Assembly (NCBI GenBank): GCA_964188305.1
Contig: OZ076896.1
Reading direction: 5' to 3' (one strand)
Source: Podarcis bocagei
Taxonomy: Eukaryota
Length of the DNA: 64,000 nucleotides
Shown here: positions 27,153-38,474 of the stretch, piece by piece
Layout: each line of letters begins with the position of its first letter
Numbering within the stretch: position 1 is the stretch's first letter
Program-made: the position numbers and the translations under genes
The notes under the pieces: model-generated
Told to the model about the DNA's origin: nothing
The model's database searches: none
Seen by the model: only the letters and a program-made list of their open reading frames with translations

Positions 27153-27286
27153 CATATCTACTCCATTTCTTTTCTCCAACAGAATTCGGAATAGATTAGC
27201 TGTGATTTTGTTATCTTGTACACCTTGTCCTAAACCTCGATTGTCGTCCTGCATAAGTCGGCGATCCATGATGACCTCTAATTGGC
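27153..27286 (-). CDS. MAN2A1: MAN2A1 exon 19 (134 nt)
   Basis: TTTTAG|GC...ATG|GTAGGA; [44 protein letters not shown]. Confidence 0.96.
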
Positions 27287-27723
27287 CTAAAAACAAACAT
27301 TCGTCTTATTTTGGATCCATCACTCAGCACTCTGTTAAAGTATCTAAAAATCATACTGCTACGAAAAACTACTATCTATCTGTAACTGCTACGAAAAACT
27401 ACTGCTATCTGTAACTGCTACGAAAAGACGGACTACCCATTATTCTACATATACATAAAGGCTAGAAATATTAACAGGTATACAAAATTGGGAGTCTTAA
27501 AGCTCTCCTAATCCAAGAACCTTTGTCCAAAATATTCATAAACATTGCTCTACTTATATTACTTTTTCCTCCAATGTTTTAGCAAGCACCTACATATCTT
27601 ATCAACTATTCATAGAGCCTTGATTAGCCTTGGAAAATTCCATGGAACTTGAGCTATGTTATGACCACAACATGGTTTACTTTCCAGCATAGTCAGTCTT
27701 TAAAACCTTCTAGTGTTACTTAC

Positions 27724-27865
27724 CACTTTTTAAACTTGCAACGCCAAGAGACTGAGCAGAAAGAAGAGACAAGCGTATCTTGCTATCCTGGACATAAGCC
27801 ATTGTTGCCATTGGATAAATATTTGCTTGAAGAGGCAATTTGCTCATTGTCTGTCTAGGCTGAAT
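27724..27865 (-). CDS. MAN2A1: MAN2A1 exon 18 (142 nt)
   Basis: ATTTAG|ATT...AGTG|GTAAGT; [48 protein letters not shown]. Confidence 0.96.
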
Positions 27866-27955
27866 CTAAATTAACAAATGTGACTTCAGTAAATTTCATT
27901 GATAATTTACATAAGACAAATAGAAAAAAACTTTTTGCTAAATGGTAATTGAATA

Positions 27956-28186
27956 CAGTCGTACCTTGGAAGTTGAATAGAATCTGTTCCGGAAGTCCGT
28001 TCGACTTCCGAAATATTTGACTTCCAATACGTGGCTTATGATTGGCTGCAGGAGCATCCTGCAGCCAACTGGAAGCTGTGGAAGCCCCATTGGATATTCG
28101 GCTTCCGAAAGAACGTTTGAAAACCGGAACACTCACTTCTGGTTTGGAATTTGGAGCCGGTTTGGTTTGGAGCCAAGGAATGACTG
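27956..28186 (+). mobile_element. Tigger-like MITE, family D
   Basis: TA TSD; TIR CAGTCGTACCTTGG; inverted relative of 53847-54076. Confidence 0.8.
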
Positions 28187-28969
28187 TACTATACTTTCAG
28201 GCTTGCCCAATTTCTGTTTCGTTCCCTACAACCAAGTTATTGATGACAGCCTATAAACAAGTTATCTTTCTAACTAATATTTTAACAAACAAACATCTGT
28301 ATGCAACACACCTAAATCTGTGGCAGCTCCCAGAGGAAAGTCACAGATTATAATCTCAGTGAAAGGGTGAACTGGTATAAGAGAAGGTGGTTAACAACTG
28401 GGTTTTTATTTCTCTTCATCATTTCTGAGATTCACTTTGCTTTCTGTGTGCCTGCTAATCTTCTAATTTACCATGTGCAAGAGCTTGCATACATGTTGCT
28501 GAAAATACAGGGAGCTTGCCTGAGTGAGGTCTGCTGCATTCCACCACGGCTGTGGGTTCATCAGCAAACATACTGATTGCACCAACCTCAGGTTATGCTA
28601 GTTGATAACTCCCTTTTAAAGGGAATGGAAGCACCTCTCTGCTGTCCTGACTTGGGAATCCAGGTAAGTGAGAGAGACAAAACATGGGGACAGACATGGT
28701 ATCATTAGTGGGAGATAAAAGGTGGCATTTCTTCATTAATGTCTGATAAAATTGAGTGGAATTTTTAAAAAGTAGGGGATCAGGAGGATGGGAAGATAAC
28801 ATAAATATTTTAAGATTTTCATCCAGTTTATAGAATTTTTTTTTAAATTGTTACTAATTTTTTTAAAAAAAACACCGCTCCAATAAAAGATGGGAGTAAA
28901 TGTTAACAAAAAGGCTAATCTAAAATGTAGAACATAACCCCTGTGTTTAAATTAACACATGGCGTTTAC

Positions 28970-29103
28970 CTGGTATCCATTGAGGTCAGTGTAAAATTTG
29001 TTATGGCTTTCTATGTCAGATGAAATCCGCATTGCAATCTCACGATTGTATTCTCCTCTAATGTCCACAATGTTGGATACCTCAAGGGACTGACCTTCAA
29101 GCC
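28970..29103 (-). CDS. MAN2A1: MAN2A1 exon 17 (134 nt)
   Basis: ATTTAG|GG...CAG|GTAAAC; LEGQSLEVSNIVDIRGEYNREIAMRISSDIESHNKFYTDLNGYQ. Confidence 0.96.
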
Positions 29104-29399
29104 CTAAATATAAAATGAGATTCAGTAACTTCCAAATACTAGTCAAACCCATGATCCTAAGTAGTAAGGAACCAGTCAAGTGCAACATATATTTGCAGCT
29201 CAATAGGAGCCTCGTAAAGAGTGGTTTCATAGATGCTTCTATTGGTTAAATCTCTAGAGCTGCATATCCTGCTTTAGAAGAGGACTGCAACCAAAGGAAA
29301 GATGTCAGAAAACGCCATATTTTGCACATGATATATTTATTAATTCAACTGATTCCACCTTTGTTGCTCTCCTTTGATTTTCAAAAGTAGTGTGAATTA

Positions 29400-29760
29400 A
29401 AGAATGAGTTGGGAAATTATTTATGAGTTGGGGGGGGATGTTTAGATCTACCTTCCACCAAAAAACCAGAGCCCTTTTGTTGGGAATAACCCAGACAGAA
29501 ATTCCCAGGTGCCAGAAAAGTTTTGTTTATGTATGCAATATGTTAGCCCCCAAATGGAAATTGAGCAAAGGTCCCTTGTAAAGAGCACTGGCAACTTTAA
29601 ATGTTAGAATATGAAGAAAAACTTGCAGGTTTAACCCACAGAATAAGAGAACAAGAAGAACGTATATTTAAAGAAGAATGGAAAATATTTATTGAATATA
29701 TGGAGAATAATTGTACACAGCTGAAAACACTGGCAGCATTAAGATAAATTCAAAGGAGTA
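29400..29760 (+). mobile_element. Old L1 ORF2 C-terminal remnant (continues about 31600-31760)
   Basis: ..RIREQEERIFKEEWKIFIEYMENNCTQLKTLAALR*; paralogous to 61005-61350. Confidence 0.75.
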
Positions 29761-31599
29761 GGACTTCCAGGTTGGCGCCATCGCCGAATGGCGGATTCCC
29801 TCCGAGCTCCGGAGGGAGTCTGCTCGACAGGGGCCGGGTTTTGCCGCGCCGGCGACGCGGGGACCCTTAAAAACCACGGGCGCGGATGCCCGTGGACATG
29901 GTGACTCAGCGGGCACCGTTAGCGCCCTGCCGACCCGCGAAGGAGCCTTTTTAAAGGCTACGGAACGGGGGACGGGGAGCAGCGCGGTGCTGTGAGTCTA
30001 CTGCTTCCCCTGCCGAGCGAAGCCGCATGCCATTCGTCGGAGAGCGCTGACTTCTTCCTTTAAAAATTTGGACTCAAAATCAAGAACAACAACCCGTGAG
30101 TAATTTGGAAATTGGACTAAAATTATTCTTCTTTTTTGTGGATTCGGCACGAGCAGGGGAGGTGCAAAGAGGAAGTCTGTCTCCCCCCCCCCAATTGTAA
30201 ACATTTTAAAGCAAGGATTTGTCAACTAAGGTTGAGAGAAGAGTTGTTGTTTTTTCCTGATTGGATAAAAGTTATTAATTCCACGGATTTAAAAGTTTAA
30301 GTTACTGTGCTGGAGGATAAGAGTTTGTTTATTTTTTATTAAGTGCCACTCTTCCCGAGACCGGGAGTAACCCGCGAAAGGAGCCTGCTGAGGAGTTACA
30401 GAAGATTTTGACAGCTGTTAAATTAGCTGTCAAAGTCGGAAAAACTGAAAGTTTTGGTTTAGCCGGTTATATCGTTACAAGGTATTGAAAATAAAGAAAG
30501 ATTGATACAAATTAATTTGACTTTTGGACTGGAAGTGAAAGGAATACTAAGTAACCAGAATCCCTCTAGAGGGGATTCACGGACATTACAAGAATGGAAA
30601 TAGGTCGGAAAATACTGGCTGATCTGGATGAGGTTGTTTTTCTCATGGGAAAGCTGCAAAAGATGTACGAGCAAAGCCATGTTTTGTCTACAAGTCCTAC
30701 AAAACCGAAGTCAACAGCAAATATATCTACTGAGTTGGAAAAGGACTTGATATTTAAAACACAGGCAGCTGGACAAGAAAAGAAACCAGAGACTGAAGAG
30801 GAGGAAGAGATATTTGCTGAACAGGAAGAGCAGAAAGGAGGGGCGGCCGAAATGTCACAGAAGGTAAATGAGAGCTGGAGGCCTGCCAAGATGGTTATAA
30901 ATCTGATTAAGGTGGAAGCCGGAGCTTTTGGGGTATTTGGACTTAAGAAACAGAACTTGAGCTCCACCTTTAAACAAGGAGGCCTGGCTGGAAGGAACAT
31001 GGACATTATAGAGAGAGTGCCCCTTCGAGGTTGGGTGTTAAACATAAGGGACTATCAAAGAAGCCGGCAGAAAGGGACTGAGAGAGATTCAAGAGCCTCG
31101 GACGTGAGGTCACCAGGCTAAATAGATGGACTAATGGACTATGGTTTGGGATTGAAACCGGGGAGAGAAGGGTGGGGTTTGGAAATCCAAAGGGGGCCTG
31201 ATCTTTTTTACTCTGTGTTAAATTTTATGTTGTTATCACTATAAGAATGGGGATTTCGTGGAAGGGAAATAGGGTCAACCTTAGAAAAAGTTTTTTATAA
31301 ATGATTAAGGTATATAAATTAAAAGTTGACATACAAATTGAACTAAATATAATAATGAATTAAGGGTTAAAATTTAATATAAATGAACATAATAACAAAT
31401 TAAGGTTAAGAAATTAGAGATAAGAACTTGTTGGATAAATATTTGGATTTGGAATACAAGAAGGGGAGGTGAGGGGAAGTCGTGGAAAGAAGTTATTGAA
31501 AATGGGAATCTAAAGGTTGAATTTTTTTGTGTTTTCTTTTTTTCTTTTTGCTTTTTTGTATCATTTGAAACTCTAATAAATATTACTTTTTAAAAAAAG
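29761..31599 (+). mobile_element. Full-length non-autonomous L1-dependent (HAL1-like) element
   Basis: About 20-bp TSD AAGATAAATTCAAA(G/A)GAGTA, CpG-rich 5' end, ORF 30594-31121, AATAAA 31575-31580 and A tail; no RT seen. Confidence 0.8.
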
Positions 31600-32161
31600 A
31601 AGATAAATTCAAAAGAGTAAACAATATTTGATCGATGTAAAAGTGGAAAATTGATTTGAATTGTTATAGTAAAATATGCAGGAAAGTATGATTTGTAATA
31701 TGAACTATGGAAGGAGAAGAAGGAAAGCCATTGGATATTTTAAAGGTTGTATAATGTTTACCGTATATACTCAAGTATATGCCGACTTTTTCAGCAATTT
31801 TTTTATGCTGAAACCCCCCCCCCCATGGCTTTTACTTGAGTGAGGGTCCCTGGCAGAGGCTGTTGTCTATATCTATAGATATATAGATATATAAGGCTGT
31901 TAGTTGAAACCAGTTGACGTTCCCAAACACTTTTCAAAGGCACCACCACAAACAATGGATTACATTAATCTAAAGTAGGCTGAATAAATGTAGCAGATCA
32001 AAGTGTTCATTTCTGAACAACTCTCACTGCAGTTAACAAGTTTCTAAAATGGTAAACTGTAGGAAAGTCAACTGTATTCACATGCACCGAAACAAGACAA
32101 TATTAAACCCTAAAAGAACTGGAACATAATTGCACAGCTAGATTTGCTAACAATACATTAC

Positions 32162-32276
32162 CATGAACTTTGTAAAGTCGTATTGTGTGTGTCAAATGAT
32201 GGAAAAAAGTAGTAACTTCAGAAAAGATCCTCCCATGTGTAACTCGTATGATAGGTGGATCAGAGAAAACATAGGG
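32162..32276 (-). CDS. MAN2A1: MAN2A1 exon 16 (115 nt)
   Basis: TTGCAG|CCC...CATG|GTAATG; PYVFSDPPIIRVTHGRIFSEVTTFFHHLTHTIRLYKVHG. Confidence 0.95.
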
Positions 32277-32503
32277 CTGCAAAAAGACAAAAGCAAAATT
32301 ATGTTAGTACTTTGAATCTTCACATTTCATTGTCTTGCTTAAGGGGGGGGCACCGTTGTTGCAACCCTTCAGAGCAGCTCCAAAAAGTAGGAAGAAGCAT
32401 GTCCCTCACACATCCTCTTTCACCACATCCGTGGAATGCCTTGAAAGAGCTCCAAGTTAAAATCGTACTTTGTATGAGAGAGATGGATTTTGGGCCACAT
32501 TTA

Positions 32504-32672
32504 CCGTATTTTTCGCTCTATAACACGCACCCGACCATAACACGCACGTAGTTTTTAGAGGAGGAAAATCCATAGGCATGCCACCCGTAGGCATTTCCTC
32601 CATAACACGCACAGACATTTCCCCTTACTTTCTAGGAGGAAAAAAGTGAGTGTTATGGTGCAAAAAATACGG
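32504..32672 (+). mobile_element. Tc2/pogo-type MITE (169 bp), family C
   Basis: TA TSD; TIR CCGTATTTTT; internal ATAACACGCAC x3. Confidence 0.9.
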
Positions 32673-33402
32673 TATCTTGTAAAAGATCCCTCAAGCTTCA
32701 ACCAAGAGCTATATGAACAAAGGACAATTGTTATTCAACAACATCCGGTCGCTAATTAAATAGTTTCCCTCTTTCTGGCACAGCTTTTCATAAAACTGGA
32801 ATATTTATTTTTGGAAATCCCAAGAAAACCGGGAGATGGCCTTCTCAGTCATTGGCAGCGACAGCAAGCCCCCTCCCCTTATAAATGCACAACCAGGAGC
32901 ACATTTCAAAGGTCCTGATCATTCATTGGCTGCCACATCTCCACCTGCCCCTCTTCTGATGGAGGCCTGGGACAGGTGGTTGTGGTTTGGGGGAGGGGGT
33001 AATGGCTTCATGAGTCAAGCAGCGACCCCTCCCAGACCTAATTAGGTCTGTGGGTTGGATGCTCCTCAATGCTGCTGTAGATCCCCGTTTCCAAAATGTT
33101 TTGTATCTGCAGTTTATCTTCAGTTAAAAATGAAGGCCCATTTCACTATCTACTTCAATATTTTAGGTTGGCTGTGCAGTTGCCCTTCCACAAATGGAAA
33201 GCTTCCTTCCATTGATGGAAGAAGCTGTGGAGTACAAGACAATTCACCCTGATTTCCTCACCTCATCTCTTACAACCTAGTTCTCCCAATCCTTAAGGGT
33301 ATTGTTTTCAAGAAACACAAAGGGGCCGCAGCAGGAGGGAGTAACCAGCAAAAATCACCCTGCCTCTGTTTCTTCCAATAAGAGCATATCTGGATTAAGT
33401 CC

Positions 33403-33810
33403 TGTCAGGGAACTGCCATCGGAGGAACAGGTGGTGGAGGGGCTCAGGGAGGAAGGAAGAGACTCAACAGCCGAAGCAGGAACCAGCAGGGGGAGGAGTG
33501 GATCTCTGAGGGAATGCGAGCAGGAGGGAGGGCTCAGAGACGCTTCCAGCGAGAACAGTGGGGAGGTATCTGAAGCTCCCATAGGGAGACCCACACCTCG
33601 CCGGAAACTGTCACGCCGTGAGTCCAGAAGGCGGGTTTCCGTTAAGGAGCTCTTATGCTGGAGACGATTCCGAAAAAAACCACTGTCGGAATCTACAAGT
33701 GACTAGGGCAGACATGTTTGAGGAGCTCTGTCACACACAGAGGTTTGTGGAGTTGCACAAACTCAGAGGGACCACGATTTTACGCACAAGCAGCTAATCA
33801 TCCCATCACA
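33403..33810 (+). mobile_element. Solo LTR-like element (408 bp)
   Basis: TG...CA termini with 5-bp TSD AGTCC (33398-33402, 33811-33815); orientation uncertain. Confidence 0.75.
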
Positions 33811-34115
33811 AGTCCATATATTTTTTTAGTGATACCTATATAACACGACAAGTGATAAAAATGTTCTTGATCAGATCCCAGTTTACCACTAATGGATAGC
33901 TAAATGAGCACTGACTCTCAAGAGATTCATCCTCCTTTCTTCCCAGTCCGTCATGACTCACTTTTCTCAATCCAGTGCTTTTCTGGGAGGTCACAACATC
34001 TATTTCAAAAGTGGGGGAAGTTTTCCACTAGCAGAATGGTACCTCTGGATCAAAGCCAGTATATACACTCTTCCCTGCTTTCCTCAATATAGTCCAAACA
34101 CAAGCCTATTATTAC

Positions 34116-34238
34116 CTTGGCGTCTCCATCCGGTAAGAAGAGATAAGCCCCACTCTTATCTCTGTTACTTGTAGTCCCATACCAAACAAATTCCATCTTG
34201 ACACGGTGATTTTTATTATTTTCTTTCGTATTTACTTT
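34116..34238 (-). CDS. MAN2A1: MAN2A1 exon 15 (123 nt)
   Basis: CTTTAG|AAA...AAG|GTAATA; KVNTKENNKNHRVKMEFVWYGTTSNRDKSGAYLFLPDGDAK. Confidence 0.95.
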
Positions 34239-34244
34239 CTAAAG

Positions 34245-34245
<1 letters not shown>

Positions 34246-34287
<42 letters not shown>
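34246..34287. repeat. (AAT)14 microsatellite in intron 14
   Basis: Direct reading. Confidence 0.97.
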
Positions 34288-34290
<3 letters not shown>

Positions 34291-34345
34291 GTTATTCCAC
34301 ATTATTTCAATCTCAAAATATTTTCAAATAGTTAAATATACATAC

Positions 34346-34579
34346 CTCAAGAAGCCCAGAATTCCCAGAGAACCAGACTTTCATGTAAGAGTTCTCTAGC
34401 ATGATCTCATCCAGAGCATTCTCTATCTCTTTAACGTTGAAAACTCTATAGGGCTTGACTAGCTTAGCTTTGTCGTTATGATAGAGATTATAGTCTGCCA
34501 ATGCAGCTTCAGAACTCAGACCCTCCAGCAGCTGGTAAACTCCAAAACCCAAGGGTGGTATACGAACCAAGAAAGAAAT
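34346..34579 (-). CDS. MAN2A1: MAN2A1 exon 14 (234 nt)
   Basis: TAACAG|ATT...GAG|GTATGT; ISFLVRIPPLGFGVYQLLE...LENSYMKVWFSGNSGLLE. Confidence 0.94.
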
Positions 34580-35918
34580 CTGTTAAGTGAAGGCAAAGAA
34601 AGGTTATTTTTTCCAATATCAAGAGCAGACATCCAAGTGTAAACAAAATTATTTGGTCCCCAAAGGATGACTTATACCAAGATCCTAAACTCACAACAGT
34701 GCTAGGAACTATTTTCTAATCAAAGCCAACATCCTTGTTATGAACAGACATGTGAAAATAATGGTACTCAAGAGAGCTAGATCTCATTTAGCAGGATTCT
34801 TTTCAGTTTATTAAATCCATGCTTTCCCTACAATAAAGCAGAACCTAGGACACAATATTAGCTACAATAGCTGCCTTTCAAATAAACTGTGTTCAGTCAA
34901 AGATTCCACTACATCAATTTATCCTCATTTTCTTCTATTCTAAGAAATTCAAAGGTAATGATGCAATCAAATTCTTCTACGTTTGAGAAACTTGAGGAGC
35001 AATGAATCAACAAAAAAATATTTTGGAGCAACAAACTATCCTTGTTTTAATCACTGCATGTACTCTTACTTGACTATATGAAGAACTGCAATGCTTTTCC
35101 TTAAAGCGGTTTCACACAAGACACTTACTTATATTTCAAGCAAGAGACAGAAAGGGAAATCAAGAACAGTTATTTTCTGCATGCTCAAACACTACAGCTG
35201 CATCCCCTCAGTAGGTTTCTTGTACTTCAGAAGTTGCAGGGGGAAAAATGTTTTCATTTTTCACTTTTAGGAAACTCTTACAAAAAGCATAAGGATTATA
35301 GCAGGGGAAAAATGTTGATGGAAATTCCACAGAATTTTATGAAATTGGAGAGCCAAGAGAATTTGAAAGGAAACATAACCTGGATTCTCCTTTTCCAGAG
35401 TGACAAACAAAATAACTTATTTTATGTTCAGAGAATTGTTAACTTCAAACTTACACATTCTGCTCTGACTTCTCACAATCAGGAAAAACATAATTAAACT
35501 AAATATTTGAAACGAAAAATTGATATTTTTTTGTCACTTTGGAACTATAACCTGGATTAAAAGAAAGCTTTAGTAGGACTACAATCCTATACCCAAAAAT
35601 TTCTTAGGAGCAACCTTCAAGAAATTAAAGTGAGCTTACTTCCAAGTAAACACACATGATGTAGTAATTTTATGCACCTTCCAAGTCTCAAATGCATAGG
35701 TATCTCATTGCTATTTATAAAGGGGGAGACAATAATCAAATCCCAAAGTTAAAATTATTACTTGTATAGTTTAAAAAATTTCCCAAATACATTATCTAGC
35801 AACAGTTGTAGATGACTGAATTCCTTTTTTGTTTGTCATTTGTACTACTGCTTCCCACATACAAAATATTCCCATGCTTGTTCAATACAAGTTCATAGAG
35901 GTATTACAAATAGCTTAC

Positions 35919-36084
35919 CTGGTATGCATCGTATGTTATTTTAGCAGCTCCATCCCATACTGCGGTAAGCTGGACCACAACTGGTCTTCCAGAAGGAGAC
36001 AATACTTTAACTCGAGGTGTATTCACGTAGACTGAAACCACTGATGAGCGTTCTTGTTCTGTAGGGTTATAAATCAAAAGGTAC
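35919..36084 (-). CDS. MAN2A1: MAN2A1 exon 13 (166 nt)
   Basis: TTGCAG|GT...CAG|GTAAGC; YLLIYNPTEQERSSVVSVYVNTPRVKVLSPSGRPVVVQLTAVWD. Confidence 0.95.
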
Positions 36085-37862
36085 CTGCAAGAAATGTTGC
36101 CAGATCTTTACAAAAACAAAGTTATTTGATCAAAGACTTCTTTTTTCACCTGAATTACCAAGCTAGGAAATTATACCAAGAAAACAAAAAGAATACATGG
36201 GCACAATGCATCTAGATGCACAATGCATCTAATATGCTAGCTAGATATTAAGAGTTTTTCTTTTAAGAACACTTTTGAAGAGAAAATACTGAAAAGTTCT
36301 TGGCAAATCTTTTTCAGATAAATCTATTCATTTACCAGTCACCTTAAGTGTTTCATGTCTAGAGCCTCAAAATACAGTTTAATATGGTGTGTATATTCTC
36401 TTAAAAGCATATACAACTTGTTGAAATTACTTTATATCATTGGGTTGGGGTTCAGATGAGCTTCCTCTGTTGGAGGAAACATTTTCCTCCTTCAGAAAGG
36501 TGCTTTTGAGATCTATCTGCAAAACACTGAATATCACCCAACAAACGAAGCCAAGTATTGTAGCTGAATCAAAGAACATCTGGACAGTTGCTATTTCTTA
36601 GCCCAAACCACAAGCAATTAGTATAGAAAGAAACGATGCAGCTATATCTTAAAATATGCATTCACATAAATTAAAAAGGGGAAAAAACTGTTGGAATATA
36701 ATGAAAACACTGGTATACATTTTATCAATTTCTGTTCTTACACTTTCTATCACACTACTTTGTCTCAGTTACTTAACTTCCTAGGTGATTTCTTGCAAGA
36801 GTGCATTTGTAAGCTGCACTGGTCAATGTGAATATACTGACATGACCTCTATTTAAAAGGTTGATATTTAAAGAATCCAAAAAGTTAAAATCAACTGAAT
36901 CACCCTTTCCCAATAAAATTCATCCAAAATTAACCTGAGAACAATGGCAAAGAAGAGCATTTATACTGCTAAACATCCAGATACCCCTTGTTTGAGTTAC
37001 TCCCCATGTTCACTGGCATCTAAGAGACATGCAACTCACGTGTGACCGTGTATACATGCAGTGACGGGAAATAAATAATTCGATTCAAACTAGAAAGGAG
37101 TTCTTGTGGCTCACGAAAAGACTAACCCCAGAGCCGGAAGAGGGTATCAGTGGAGGTGGAGGAAGCCCTGAAGAGACTGGACTTGGTTTATGCTGCTTAG
37201 CCTCCCCGCCTAACAGTTGATGTGTGTGGTAGCGCAGCCGCCGCTGCCACCACTTTCCTACACATCTCTCCTGCCAGCTCCACAATTCTAGTTGTGGATA
37301 TTTTTGGATAAAGCATTCCCCCCCCCCCCAGTATGGATTGAGGAGAGTGGCAGAGATGGCATTTAAAGGGTGCTCCCCACGTCACACAACTTCACTTATG
37401 CACACGCGGGCCTGCAATGTAACCCCCACGTAAGTGGGGGGTGCCTGTACTAGTGAAACTCATCACGACGACGTGGTTATATATATGCATCACCCAGTTT
37501 TTCATCTCACCACTAGGAAGTACCAGCATGCCTTAAGCCTTGGCCTTCTCAAGATTTATTCTGTTCTCTGTACAAGAGAACTTATCTTACTCATTCAAAT
37601 GTAGAACTACAGTTGTCTCTAACTTTACATGAGCTGCAACAAATTATGAGACACACCGCTTGCACTTCAACAGTTCAATCTAAGACACAAATATTAAAAA
37701 TTATGACATAAAATTTTCTATGGAAAAAAATGACAGGAAATGTGTTGGGGTTTTTTTGCATATTATTTTTATGTAGTGTAAATTCAATGTCCTTCATAGA
37801 CATAGCCAGCCTAGGCTTGCATAGACTATGTAGATGCTTGATTCTGAGATATATTATTATTA

Positions 37863-38031
37863 CCGTATTTTTCGCTCTATAACACGCACCCGACCATAAC
37901 ACGCACATAGTTTTTATAGGAGGAAAATCCATAGGCATGCCACCCGTAGGCATTCCCTCCATAACACGCACAGACATTTCCCCTTACTTTCTAGGAGGAA
38001 AAAAGTGAGTGTTATGGTGCAAAAAATACGG
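37863..38031 (+). mobile_element. MITE family C, second copy
   Basis: About 3 substitutions relative to the 32504 copy; TA TSD. Confidence 0.9.
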
Positions 38032-38132
38032 TAATTATGTGGTGTCATCTATGTACATGGTGCTTTCCAAGGAATGGGAGAACAGATCCCTACCTCAAAG
38101 TTGCCTCTAATCTCTCTGAATTTTAATGCCTG

Positions 38133-38135
<3 letters not shown>

Positions 38136-38181
<46 letters not shown>

Positions 38182-38385
38182 TTTTATTTTTACCCCACCC
38201 TTCTGGCTAGTTTCTAGGCATCTTACAACATCAACTTATCTAAAACATAATAAAAACATCAATCCTTATAAACCTCCCTATACAGGGCTGCCTTCAGATG
38301 TCTTGTAAAAGTCAGATAGTTGTTTATTTCCTTGACATCTGAAGGGAGGGCATTCCACAGGGAAGGTGCCACTACTGAGAAGAAT
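38136..38385 (-). mobile_element. L2 3' fragment with (TTA)n tail
   Basis: Reverse complement of the CAGATGTCAAGGAAATAAACAACTATCTGAC region of the 6541 copy. Confidence 0.75.
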
Positions 38386-38421
38386 TTCACAACAGAAATT
38401 CAGGCCATATAAGAACTTAAT

Positions 38422-38453
<32 letters not shown>

Positions 38454-38474
38454 CCTACCTACCTACCTACCTAT
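38422..38474. repeat. Compound (TCTG)n(CTAC)n microsatellite
   Basis: Direct reading. Confidence 0.9.
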
